Shown: positions 47,950 to 62,100 of the stretch, piece after piece | Layout of the letters: each line of letters opens with the position of its first letter | Numbering within the stretch: position 1 is the first letter of the stretch | Assembly (NCBI GenBank): GCA_032718475.1 | Contig: JAUCBJ010008794.1 | Coordinates: 76,188-140,187, forward strand | Direction: 5' to 3' | DNA: 64,000 bases | DNA from: Nemertoderma westbladi | Taxonomy: Eukaryota; Animalia; Xenacoelomorpha | Notes under the pieces: model-generated | What the model saw: only the letters and a program-made list of their open reading frames with translations | What the model was told of the DNA's origin: nothing | Databases searched by the model: none | Position numbers and translations under genes: made by a program

Positions 47950-48870
47950 AAACTTGCGCCAATCACGTTTCTGCTTGTTGATACTGGACTGCTGCGTGAG
48001 AATATAATACATTTCAAGCTTTTGCAGAATAGGCAACAGGGGTGCCGTGCAATTACTTCGAAATGTTTTTAAATCTTAAATAGTTCAGTTCAGTAAGTCA
48101 GCCAACATGTATTGGGCTCACCGAGGTGTGTCATGATGTGGTTGTGCACAATCTGTGTTGCCTTGTTCACTACCATCTCTAGCAATCCCATCCTGTTGCT
48201 GTCAAACGCGTTCAAACAAGTGTTGGATAGTGTGTCCAATATATTCCCCCTTACAATAGGGACAAGAGAATGAATAAACAACGTTTGAAGCAAGAATATC
48301 TGGGACAGGGTGTTTCAGAGGAGCGACTGGCGTAGTTGGATGTTGTGAAAACAAACCGAACTGGCCGTGTGCACGACGTTGGTATGAGACACGCAACCTT
48401 CGCACAAACAGATCGGTTGCCCGACCTCGGTACTAAAACTTACATATGATGGGCCTGGAATCGTCAGCAGTTACAAAATCCACCGGGTCATTGACCTCGG
48501 GGGGAACAACCGCTGGTACTCCTGCTCGCACGCCCCTTAGCGGCTTTAACAGCAGTGAGCTCGTTTTGGATCATCGCATCATTATATTGGTAATTGCCAA
48601 GAATTGGTTTAGCTTCCCCAATAGCGGTGTGGAGTTGGGAACAATCCCCACCCTTCATTACTGACGTTAAAAATACGATGGAACATACCACGAACTACAA
48701 TACGTTTGTATGACTCAGGGGCACACGCAGTAGCGTTAAGGACGAGCCCAGTATCTGTAGGCTTGCGGTACCACATTGCCGAAAGTGCGTAACTCAAACG
48801 TGTCACACTCACAACCAAATCAAAAAAGGGCAACCGGCTCTGTTCCGGTTCCGCCATTTCAAGAGTAGAC
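47950..48870 (-). mobile_element. Penelope-like element fragment (RT C-terminus and GIY-YIG), degenerate
   Basis: RLPFFDLVV..WYRKPTDTG..APESYK; SNVVYSFSCPYCKGEYIGHTIQHLFERV. Confidence 0.82.
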
Positions 48871-50199
48871 TTAAGATTGGGATGAGGTCTCTCACCTCTC
48901 TCAACTTATCAGTGGGGTCGTTATCACCAAGACCAAACACACCTCTCACTAAGTTTGGTGCCAGTAGTGATCTGCACACATAAAGATGTTGGCGAGTATG
49001 GGCCCCACAATGGGGACACCATGGTGATACGAATGAATAAGGTAATAAGTTCAAATACCGCAATGCCGGTATGAGACAAAAATACGCAACCAATAGCTTT
49101 AAAATAATTTTTCATATTGCACTTTCATGGAGAAATTCAATATGATATGAAATAATAATTAATAATAATATTTATGATTTATCAATAATATTTATGAGAT
49201 ATTCATAAAGCTAAGAAATAAATATCGCCTTGTATAAGGTGTATGGCCAGCAATATATTATTACCTTAAATTAATTAATCAATTACCTATTTTACAATAA
49301 TTAGCCTAAATGACAAAGTATGTCGCCGTAAATGGATTAAATTATGCGTAATAACATGAAGTAGTTCGTTTAAAGGGTAATTCGACTTAACCAAGTAGTA
49401 CAAAGTACTGTATCGTATTGGCAGGTATATATAGGCCTAACTGTACCGGTAGTTTATGGGACCAAATTAATGATACCCCGCCAAGTATAGAAGAAACAAA
49501 AAGGCCATTTTATTGACCAAGATAATATTATAGTGGTGATTATTTTACAGTATCCTTAAGTATACACTGACATATGTTGCCAATCATTAGCCTTATTTTA
49601 TATACAAGCCTTCTTTATTATTTGATTTATTTAATCCTTACTGTCCACTATAGTATACAAACACACAGTTAGTAGTATAAATATACTACAGGATACAAAC
49701 TACCTATACAGTAAACAATTAAAGACATTATGGAAAACACTCACAATAAACGGTAATATATAAACACTTGGTGTAGATCTTTTTAAACGGTTGCCTGGTT
49801 ACTCTGGTTGGGTCACTGCTGTGTAATCGCATCTAAATAATTTAGTTAAAGCAGGTGTGTGCTGCTCTCCATTTATTTAAGTGCTTTCTCTTGTAGTGCA
49901 CATATCCATATGGGGTTCGTTCATTATTCCACGGCTAATCTGTATGCGGAAGGAATCAGTGTTATGGCCTTCCCTCTGGCTGTTTGTTCAGCCAATGTGG
50001 TGACTTTGTTAAGGAAGCGCCCGCACCCCCCCCCCCCCCCCCCCCCCCTCCGTATCCATAAAAGTAAATGCGTTGTAACTTATCTTCACTATTACTACGC
50101 GGTGATGGTAGCTTAAAGCTTAATTAATAATTACTAAGTAAACTTCGTGGAAATTGAGAGAAAATTGAAAACTTGAGATTCTTCAAGGCAATCAAGTGG

Positions 50200-53100
50200 G
50201 GAGTGAGCTGAATCGATCATTACGTATTGACTTTACTGCAGACTGTAGTTAGGAGTGAGCTGAATCGATCATTACGTATTGACTTTACTGCAGACTGTAG
50301 TTAGGAGTGAGCTGAATCGATCATTACGTATTGACTTTACTGCAGAGACTGAAGTTAGGAGTGAGCTGAATCGTTCATTACGTATTGACTTTACTGCAGA
50401 CTGTAGTTAGGAGAGAGCTGAATCGATCATTACGTATTGACTTTACTGCAGACTGTAGTTAGGAGAGAGCTAAATCGATCATTACGTATTGACTTTACTG
50501 CAGACTGTAGTTAGGAGAGAGCTGAATCGATCATTACGTATTGACTTTACTGCAGACTGTAGTTAGGAGAGAGCTGAATCGATCATTACGTATTGACTTT
50601 ACTGCAGAGACTGTAGTTAGGAGTGAGCTGAATCGATCATTACGTATTGACTTTACTGCAGACTGTAGTTAGGAGAGAGCTGAATCGATCATTACGTATT
50701 GACTTTACTGCAGACTGTAGTTAGGAGTGAGCTGAATCGATCATTACGTATTGACTTTACTGCAGAGACTGAAGTTAGGAGTGAGCTGAATCGATCATTA
50801 CGTATTGACTTTACTGCAGACTGTAGTTAGGAGAGAGCTGAATCGATCATTACGTATTGACTTTACTGCAGACTGTAGTTAGGAGTGAGCTAAATCGATC
50901 ATTACGTATTGACTTTACTGCAGACTGTAGTTAGGAGAGAGCTGAATCGATCATTACGTATTGACTTTACTGCAGAGACTGTAGTTAGGAGTGAGCTGAA
51001 TCGATCATTACGTATTGACTTTACTGCAGAGACTGAAGTTAGGAGTGAGCTGAATCGATCATTACGTATTGACTTTACTGCAGACTGTAGTTAGGAGAGA
51101 GCTGAATCGATCATTACGTATTGACTTTACTGCAGACTGTAGTTAGGAGAGAGCTGAATCGATCATTACGTATTGACTTTACTGCAGAGACTGTAGTTAG
51201 GAGTGAGCTGAATCGATCATTACGTATTGACTTTACTGCAGACTGTAGTTAGGAGAGAGCTGAATCGATCATTACGTATTGACTTTACTGCAGACTGTAG
51301 TTAGGAGAGAGCTGAATCGATCATTACGTATTGACTTTACTGCAGACTGTAGTTAGGAGAGAGCTGAATCGATCATTACGTATTGACTTTACTGCAGAGA
51401 CTGTAGTTAGGAGTGAGCTGAATCGATCATTACGTATTGACTTTACTGCAGACTGTAGTTAGGAGAGAGCTGAATCGATCATTACGTATTGACTTTACTG
51501 CAGACTGTAGTTAGGAGTGAGCTGAATCGATCATTACGTATTGACTTTACTGCAGAGACTGAAGTTAGGAGTGAGCTGAATCGATCATTACGTATTGACT
51601 TTACTGCAGACTGTAGTTAGGAGAGAGCTGAATCGATCATTACGTATTGACTTTACTGCAGACTGTAGTTAGGAGAGAGCTGAATCGATCATTACGTATT
51701 GACTTTACAGCAGACTGTAGTTAGGAGTGAGCTAAATCGATCATTACGTATTGACTTTACTGCAGACTGTAGTTAGGAGAGAGCTGAATCGATCATTACG
51801 TATTGACTTTACTGCAGAGACTGAAGTTAGGAGTGAGCTGAATCGATCATTACGTATTGACTTTACTGCAGACTGTAGTTAGGAGTGAGCTGAATCGATC
51901 ATTACGTATTGACTTTACTGCAGACTGTAGTTAGGAGTGAGCTGAATCGATCATAACGTATTGACTTTACTGCAGACTGTAGTTAGGAGAGAGCTGAATC
52001 GATCATAACGTATTGACTTTACTGCAGAGACTGTAGTTAGGAGTGAGCTGAATCGATCATTACGTATTGACTTTACTGCAGACTGTAGTTAGGAGTGAGC
52101 TGAATCGATCATAACGTATTGACTTTACTGCAGACTGTTGTTAGGAGAGAGCTGAATCGATCATAACGTATTGACTTTACTGCAGACTGTAGTTAGGAGA
52201 GAGCTGAATCGATCATTACGTATTGACTTTACTGCAGACTGTAGTTAGGAGTGAGCTAAATCGATCATTACGTATTGACTTTACTGCAGACTGTAGTTAG
52301 GAGAGAGCTGAATCGATCATTACGTATTGACTTTACTGCAGAGACTGTAGTTAGGAGTGAGCTGAATCGATCATTACGTATTGACTTTACTGCAGACTGT
52401 AGTTAGGAGAGAGCTGAATCGATCATTACGTATTGACTTTACTGCAGACTGTAGTTAGGAGAGAGCTGAATCGATCATTACGTATTGACTTTACTGCAGA
52501 CTGTAGTTAGGAGTGAGCTGAATCGATCATTACGTATTGACTTTACTGCAGAGACTGAAGTTAGGAGTGAGCTGAATCGATCATTACGTATTGACTTTAC
52601 TGCAGACTGTAGTTAGGAGAGAGCTGAATCGATCATTACGTATTGACTTTACTGCAGACTGTAGTTAGGAGAGAGCTGAATCGATCATTACGTATTGACT
52701 TTACAGCAGACTGTAGTTAGGAGTGAGCTAAATCGATCATTACGTATTGACTTTACTGCAGACTGTAGTTAGGAGAGAGCTGAATCGATCATTACGTATT
52801 GACTTTACTGCAGAGACTGAAGTTAGGAGTGAGCTGAATCGATCATTACGTATTGACTTTACTGCAGACTGTAGTTAGGAGTGAGCTGAATCGATCATTA
52901 CGTATTGACTTTACTGCAGACTGTAGTTAGGAGTGAGCTGAATCGATCATAACGTATTGACTTTACTGCAGACTGTAGTTAGGAGAGAGCTGAATCGATC
53001 ATAACGTATTGACTTTACTGCAGAGACTGTAGTTAGGAGTGAGCTGAATCGATCATTACGTATTGACTTTACTGCAGACTGTAGTTAGGAGTGAGCTGAA

Positions 53101-56100
53101 TCGATCATAACGTATTGACTTTACTGCAGACTGTTGTTAGGAGAGAGCTGAATCGATCATAACGTATTGACTTTACTGCAGACTGTAGTTAGGAGAGAGC
53201 TGAATCGATCATTACGTATTGACTTTACTGCAGACTGTAGTTAGGAGTGAGCTAAATCGATCATTACGTATTGACTTTACTGCAGACTGTAGTTAGGAGA
53301 GAGCTGAATCGATCATTACGTATTGACTTTACTGCAGAGACTGTAGTTAGGAGTGAGCTGAATCGATCATTACGTATTGACTTTACTGCAGAGACTGAAG
53401 TTAGGAGTGAGCTGAATCGTTCATTACGTATTGACTTTACTGCAGACTGTAGTTAGGAGAGAGCTAAATCGATCATTACGTATTGACTTTACTGCAGACT
53501 GTAGTTAGGAGTGAGCTAAATCGATCATTATGTATTGACTTTACTGCAGACTGTAGTTAGGAGAGAGCTGAATCGATCATTACGTATTGACTTTACTGCA
53601 GACTGTAGTTAGGAGAGAGCTGAATCGATCATTACGTATTGACTTTACTGCAGAGACTGTAGTTAGGAGTGAGCTGAATCGATCATTACGTATTGACTTT
53701 ACTGCAGACTGTAGTTAGGAGAGAGCTGAATCGATCATTACGTATTGACTTTACTGCAGACTGTAGTTAGGAGTGAGCTGAATCGATCATTACGTATTGA
53801 CTTTACTGCAGAGACTGAAGTTAGGAGTGAGCTGAATCGATCATTACGTATTGACTTTACTGCAGACTGTAGTTAGGAGAGAGCTGAATCGATCATTACG
53901 TATTGACTTTACTGCAGAGACTGTAGTTAGGAGTGAGCTGAATCGATCATTACGTATTGACTTTACTGCAGACTGTAGTTAGGAGAGAGCTGAATCGATC
54001 ATTACGTATTGACTTTACTGCAGACTGTAGTTAGGAGTGAGCTGAATCGATCATTACGTATTGACTTTACTGCAGAGACTGAAGTTAGGAGTGAGCTGAA
54101 TCGATCATTACGTATTGACTTTACTGCAGACTGTAGTTAGGAGTGAGCTGAATCGATCATTACGTATTGACTTTACTGCAGACTGTTGTTAGGAGAGAGC
54201 TGAATCGATCATAACGTATTGACTTTACTGCAGACTGTAGTTAGGAGAGAGCTGAATCGATCATTACGTATTGACTTTACTGCAGACTGTAGTTAGGAGT
54301 GAGCTAAATCGATCATTACGTATTGACTTTACTGCAGACTGTAGTTAGGAGAGAGCTGAATCGATCATTACGTATTGACTTTACTGCAGAGACTGTAGTT
54401 AGGAGTGAGCTGAATCGATCATTACGTATTGACTTTACTGCAGAGACTGAAGTTAGGAGTGAGCTGAATCGATCATTACGTATTGACTTTACTGCAGACT
54501 GTAGTTAGGAGAGAGCTGAATCGATCATTACGTATTGACTTTACTGCAGACTGTAGTTAGGAGTGAGCTAAATCGATCATTATGTATTGACTTTACTGCA
54601 GACTGTAGTTAGGAGAGAGCTGAATCGATCATTACGTATTGACTTTACTGCAGACTGTAGTTAGGAGAGAGCTGAATCGATCATTACGTATTGACTTTAC
54701 TGCAGAGACTGTAGTTAGGAGTGAGCTGAATCGATCATTACGTATTGACTTTACTGCAGACTGTAGTTAGGAGAGAGCTGAATCGATCATTACGTATTGA
54801 CTTTACTGCAGACTGTAGTTAGGAGTGAGCTGAATCGATCATTACGTATTGACTTTACTGCAGAGACTGAAGTTAGGAGTGAGCTGAATCGATCATTACG
54901 TATTGACTTTACTGCAGACTGTAGTTAGGAGAGAGCTGAATCGATCATTACGTATTGACTTTACTGCAGAGACTGTAGTTAGGAGTGAGCTGAATCGATC
55001 ATTACGTATTGACTTTACTGCAGACTGTAGTTAGGAGAGAGCTGAATCGATCATTACGTATTGACTTTACTGCAGACTGTAGTTAGGAGTGAGCTGAATC
55101 GATCATTACGTATTGACTTTACTGCAGAGACTGAAGTTAGGAGTGAGCTGAATCGATCATTACGTATTGACTTTACTGCAGACTGTAGTTAGGAGTGAGC
55201 TAAATCGATCATTATGTATTGACTTTACTGCAGACTGTAGTTAGGAGAGAGCTGAATCGATCATTACGTATTGACTTTACTGCAGACTGTAGTTAGGAGT
55301 GAGCTGAATCGATCATTACGTATTGACTTTACTGCAGAGACTGAAGTTAGGAGTGAGCTGAATCGATCATTACGTATTGACTTTACTGCAGACTGTAGTT
55401 AGGAGAGAGCTGAATCGATCATTACGTATTGACTTTACTGCAGAGACTGTAGTTAGGAGTGAGCTGAATCGATCATTACGTATTGACTTTACTGCAGACT
55501 GTAGTTAGGAGAGAGCTGAATCGATCATTACGTATTGACTTTACTGCAGACTGTAGTTAGGAGTGAGCTGAATCGATCATTACGTATTGACTTTACTGCA
55601 GAGACTGAAGTTAGGAGTGAGCTGAATCGATCATTACGTATTGACTTTACTGCAGACTGTAGTTAGGAGTGAGCTAAATCGATCATTATGTATTGACTTT
55701 ACTGCAGACTGTAGTTAGGAGAGAGCTGAATCGATCATTACGTATTGACTTTACTGCAGACTGTAGTTAGGAGAGAGCTGAATCGATCATTACGTATTGA
55801 CTTTACTGCAGAGACTGTAGTTAGGAGTGAGCTGAATCGATCATTACGTATTGACTTTACTGCAGACTGTAGTTAGGAGAGAGCTGAATCGATCATTACG
55901 TATTGACTTTACTGCAGACTGTAGTTAGGAGTGAGCTGAATCGATCATTACGTATTGACTTTACTGCAGAGACTGAAGTTAGGAGTGAGCTGAATCGATC
56001 ATTACGTATTGACTTTACTGCAGACTGTAGTTAGGAGAGAGCTGAATCGATCATTACGTATTGACTTTACTGCAGACTGTAGTTAGGAGAGAGCTGAATC

Positions 56101-59100
56101 GATCATTACGTATTGACTTTACTGCAGACTGTAGTTAGGAGTGAGCTGAATCGATCATTACGTATTGACTTTACTGCAGACTGTAGTTAGGAGAGAGCTG
56201 AATCGATCATTACGTATTGACTTTACTGCAGAGACTGAAGTTAGGAGTGAGCTGAATCGATCATTACGTATTGACTTTACTGCAGACTGTAGTTAGGAGT
56301 GAGCTGAATCGATCATTACGTATTGACTTTACTGCAGACTGTAGTTAGGAGAGAGCTGAATCGATCATTACGTATTGACTTTACTGCAGAGACTGTAGTT
56401 AGGAGTGAGCTGAATCGATCATTACGTATTGACTTTACTGCAGACTGTAGTTAGGAGTGAGCTGAATCGATCATTACGTATTGACTTTACTGCAGAGACT
56501 GAAGTTAGGAGTGAGCTGAATCGATCATTACGTATTGACTTTACTGCAGAGACTGAAGTTAGGAGTGAGCTGAATCGATCATAACGTATTGACTTTACTG
56601 CAGACTGTAGTTAGGAGAGAGCTGAATCGATCATTACGTATTGACTTTACTGCAGACTGTAGTTAGGAGTGAGCTGAATCGATCATTACGTATTGACTTT
56701 ACTGCAGACTGTAGTTAGGAGTGAGCTGAATCGATCATTACGTATTGACTTTACTGCAGAGACTGAAGTTAGGAGTGAGCTGAATCGATCATTACGTATT
56801 GACTTTACTGCAGAGACTGAAGTTAGGAGTGAGCTGAATCGATCATTACGTATTGACTTTACTGCAGACTGTAGTTAGGAGAGAGCTGAATCGATCATTA
56901 CGTATTGACTTTACTGCAGACTGTAGTTAGGAGTGAGCTGAATCGATCATTACGTATTGACTTTACTGCAGAGACTGAAGTTAGGAGTGAGCTGAATCGA
57001 TCATTACGTATTGACTTTACTGCAGACTGTAGTTAGGAGAGAGCTGAATCGATCATTACGTATTGACTTTACTGCAGACTGTAGTTAGGAGTGAGCTGAA
57101 TCGATCATTACGTATTGACTTTACTGCAGACTGTAGTTAGGAGTGAGCTGAATCGATCATTACGTATTGACTTTACTGCAGACTGTAGTTAGGAGAGAGC
57201 TGAATCGATCATTACGTATTGACTTTACTGCAGACTGTAGTTAGGAGTGAGCTGAATCGATCATTACGTATTGACTTTACTGCAGACTGTAGTTAGGAGT
57301 GAGCTGAATCGATCATTACGTATTGACTTTACTGCAGAGACTGAAGTTAGGAGTGAGCTGAATCGATCATTACGTATTGACTTTACTGCAGAGACTGAAG
57401 TTAGGAGTGAGCTGAATCGATCATTACGTATTGACTTTACTGCAGACTGTAGTTAGGAGTGAGCTGAATCGATCATTACGTATTGACTTTACTGCAGAGA
57501 CTGAAGTTAGGAGTGAGCTGAATCGATCATTACGTATTGACTTTACTGCAGACTGTAGTTAGGAGAGAGCTGAATCGATCATTACGTATTGACTTTACTG
57601 CAGACTGTAGTTAGGAGTGAGCTGAATCGATCATTACGTATTGACTTTACTGCAGACTGTAGTTAGGAGTGAGCTGAATCGATCATTACGTATTGACTTT
57701 ACTGCAGACTGTAGTTAGGAGAGAGCTGAATCGATCATTACGTATTGACTTTACTGCAGACTGTAGTTAGGAGTGAGCTGAATCGATCATTACGTATTGA
57801 CTTTACTGCAGACTGTAGTTAGGAGTGAGCTGAATCGATCATTACGTATTGACTTTACTGCAGACTGTAGTTAGGAGTGAGCTGAATCGATCATTACGTA
57901 TTGACTTTACTGCAGACTGTAGTTAGGAGTGAGCTGAATCGATCATTACGTATTGACTTTACTGCAGACTGTAGTTAGGAGAGAGCTGAATCGATCATTA
58001 CGTATTGACTTTACTGCAGACTGTAGTTAGGAGTGAGCTGAATCGATCATTACGTATTGACTTTACTGCAGACTGTAGTTAGGAGTGAGCTGAATCGATC
58101 ATTACGTATTGACTTTACTGCAGAGACTGAAGTTAGGAGTGAGCTGAATCGATCATTACGTATTGACTTTACTGCAGAGACTGAAGTTAGGAGTGAGCTG
58201 AATCGATCATTACGTATTGACTTTACTGCAGACTGTAGTTAGGAGTGAGCTGAATCGATCATTACGTATTGACTTTACTGCAGAGACTGAAGTTAGGAGT
58301 GAGCTGAATCGATCATTACGTATTGACTTTACTGCAGAGACTGAAGTTAGGAGTGAGCTGAATCGATCATTACGTATTGACTTTACTGCAGACTGTAGTT
58401 AGGAGAGAGCTGAATCGATCATTACGTATTGACTTTACTGCAGACTGTAGTTAGGAGTGAGCTGAATCGATCATTACGTATTGACTTTACTGCAGACTGT
58501 AGTTAGGAGTGAGCTGAATCGATCATTACGTATTGACTTTACTGCAGAGACTGAAGTTAGGAGTGAGCTGAATCGATCATTACGTATTGACTTTACTGCA
58601 GAGACTGAAGTTAGGAGTGAGCTGAATCGATCATTACGTATTGACTTTACTGCAGACTGTAGTTAGGAGAGAGCTGAATCGATCATTACGTATTGACTTT
58701 ACTGCAGACTGTAGTTAGGAGTGAGCTGAATCGATCATTACGTATTGACTTTACTGCAGAGACTGAAGTTAGGAGTGAGCTGAATCGATCATTACGTATT
58801 GACTTTACTGCAGACTGTAGTTAGGAGAGAGCTGAATCGATCATTACGTATTGACTTTACTGCAGACTGTAGTTAGGAGTGAGCTGAATCGATCATTACG
58901 TATTGACTTTACTGCAGACTGTAGTTAGGAGTGAGCTGAATCGATCATTACGTATTGACTTTACTGCAGACTGTAGTTAGGAGAGAGCTGAATCGATCAT
59001 TACGTATTGACTTTACTGCAGAGACTGTAGTTAGGAGTGAGCTGAATCGATCATTACGTATTGACTTTACTGCAGACTGTAGTTAGGAGAGAGCTGAATC

Positions 59101-62100
59101 GATCATTACGTATTGACTTTACTGCAGACTGTAGTTAGGAGTGAGCTGAATCGATCATTACGTATTGACTTTACTGCAGAGACTGTAGTTAGGAGTGAGC
59201 TGAATCGATCATTACGTATTGACTTTACTGCAGACTGTAGTTAGGAGTGAGCTGAATCGATCATTACGTATTGACTTTACTGCAGACTGTAGTTAGGAGT
59301 GAGCTGAATCGATCATTACGTATTGACTTTACTGCAGACTGTAGTTAGGAGAGAGCTGAATCGATCATTACGTATTGACTTTACTGCAGAGACTGTAGTT
59401 AGGAGTGAGCTGAATCGATCATTACGTATTGACTTTACTGCAGACTGTAGTTAGGAGTGAGCTGAATCGATCATTACGTATTGACTTTACTGCAGACTGT
59501 AGTTAGGAGTGAGCTGAATCGATCATTACGTATTGACTTTACTGCAGAGACTGAAGTTAGGAGTGAGCTGAATCGATCATTACGTATTGACTTTACTGCA
59601 GACTGTAGTTAGGAGTGAGCTGAATCGATCATTACGTATTGACTTTACTGCAGACTGTAGTTAGGAGAGAGCTGAATCGATCATTACGTATTGACTTTAC
59701 TGCAGACTGTAGTTAGGAGTGAGCTGAATCGATCATTACGTATTGACTTTACTGCAGACTGTAGTTAGGAGAGAGCTGAATCGATCATTACGTATTGACT
59801 TTACTGCAGAGACTGTAGTTAGGAGTGAGCTGAATCGATCATTACGTATTGACTTTACTGCAGACTGTAGTTAGGAGTGAGCTGAATCGATCATTACGTA
59901 TTGACTTTACTGCAGACTGTAGTTAGGAGAGAGCTGAATCGATCATTACGTATTGACTTTACTGCAGAGACTGTAGTTAGGAGTGAGCTGAATCGATCAT
60001 TACGTATTGACTTTACTGCAGACTGTAGTTAGGAGTGAGCTGAATCGATCATTACGTATTGACTTTACTGCAGAGACTGTAGTTAGGAGTGAGCTGAATC
60101 GATCATTACGTATTGACTTTACTGCAGAGACTGAAGTTAGGAGTGAGCTGAATCGATCATTACGTATTGACTTTACTGCAGACTGTAGTTAGGAGAGAGC
60201 TGAATCGATCATTACGTATTGACTTTACTGCAGACTGTAGTTAGGAGTGAGCTGAATCGATCATTACGTATTGACTTTACTGCAGACTGTAGTTAGGAGT
60301 GAGCTGAATCGATCATTACGTATTGACTTTACTGCAGGACTGTAGTTAGGAGTGAGCTGAATCGATCATTACGTATTGACTTTACTGCAGAGACTGAAGT
60401 TAGGAGTGAGCTGAATCGATCATTACGTATTGACTTTACTGCAGACTGTAGTTAGGAGAGAGCTGAATCGATCATTACGTATTGACTTTACTGCAGACTG
60501 TAGTTAGGAGTGAGCTGAATCGATCATTACGTATTGACTTTACTGCAGAGACTGAAGTTAGGAGTGAGCTGAATCGATCATTACGTATTGACTTTACTGC
60601 AGACTGTAGTTAGGAGAGAGCTGAATCGATCATTACGTATTGACTTTACTGCAGACTGTAGTTAGGAGTGAGCTGAATCGATCATTACGTATTGACTTTA
60701 CTGCAGACTGTAGTTAGGAGTGAGCTGAATCGATCATTACGTATTGACTTTACTGCAGACTGTAGTTAGGAGAGAGCTGAATCGATCATTACGTATTGAC
60801 TTTACTGCAGACTGTAGTTAGGAGTGAGCTGAATCGATCATTACGTATTGACTTTACTGCAGACTGTAGTTAGGAGTGAGCTGAATCGATCATTACGTAT
60901 TGACTTTACTGCAGAGACTGTAGTTAGGAGTGAGCTGAATCGATCATTACGTATTGACTTTACTGCAGAGACTGTAGTTAGGAGTGAGCTGAATCGATCA
61001 TTACGTATTGACTTTACTGCAGACTGTAGTTAGGAGTGAGCTGAATCGATCATTACGTATTGACTTTACTGCAGACTGTAGTTAGGAGTGAGCTGAATCG
61101 ATCATTACGTATTGACTTTACTGCAGACTGTAGTTAGGAGAGAGCTGAATCGATCATTACGTATTGACTTTACTGCAGACTGTAGTTAGGAGTGAGCTGA
61201 ATCGATCATTACGTATTGACTTTACTGCAGACTGTAGTTAGGAGTGAGCTGAATCGATCATTACGTATTGACTTTACTGCAGACTGTAGTTAGGAGAGAG
61301 CTGAATCGATCATTACGTATTGACTTTACTGCAGACTGTAGTTAGGAGTGAGCTGAATCGATCATTACGTATTGACTTTACTGCAGACTGTAGTTAGGAG
61401 TGAGCTGAATCGATCATTACGTATTGACTTTACTGCAGACTGTAGTTAGGAGTGAGCTGAATCGATCATTACGTATTGACTTTACTGCAGACTGTAGTTA
61501 GGAGTGAGCTGAATCGATCATTACGTATTGACTTTACTGCAGACTGTAGTTAGGAGAGAGCTGAATCGATCATTACGTATTGACTTTACTGCAGACTGTA
61601 GTTAGGAGTGAGCTGAATCGATCATTACGTATTGACTTTACTGCAGACTGTAGTTAGGAGTGAGCTGAATCGATCATTACGTATTGACTTTACTGCAGAG
61701 ACTGTAGTTAGGAGTGAGCTGAATCGATCATTACGTATTGACTTTACTGCAGACTGTAGTTAGGAGTGAGCTGAATCGATCATTACGTATTGACTTTACT
61801 GCAGACTGTAGTTAGGAGTGAGCTGAATCGATCATTACGTATTGACTTTACTGCAGGACTGTAGTTAGGAGTGAGCTGAATCGATCATTACGTATTGACT
61901 TTACTGCAGACTGTAGTTAGGAGTGAGCTGAATCGATCATTACGTATTGACTTTACTGCAGACTGTAGTTAGGAGTGAGCTGAATCGATCATTACGTATT
62001 GACTTTACTGCAGACTGTAGTTAGGAGAGAGCTGAATCGATCATTACGTATTGACTTTACTGCAGACTGTAGTTAGGAGTGAGCTGAATCGATCATTACG

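Noticed and set aside
50909-61033. Repeated 61-aa ORFs
   Set aside because: Arise wherever two 54-bp monomers are adjacent.
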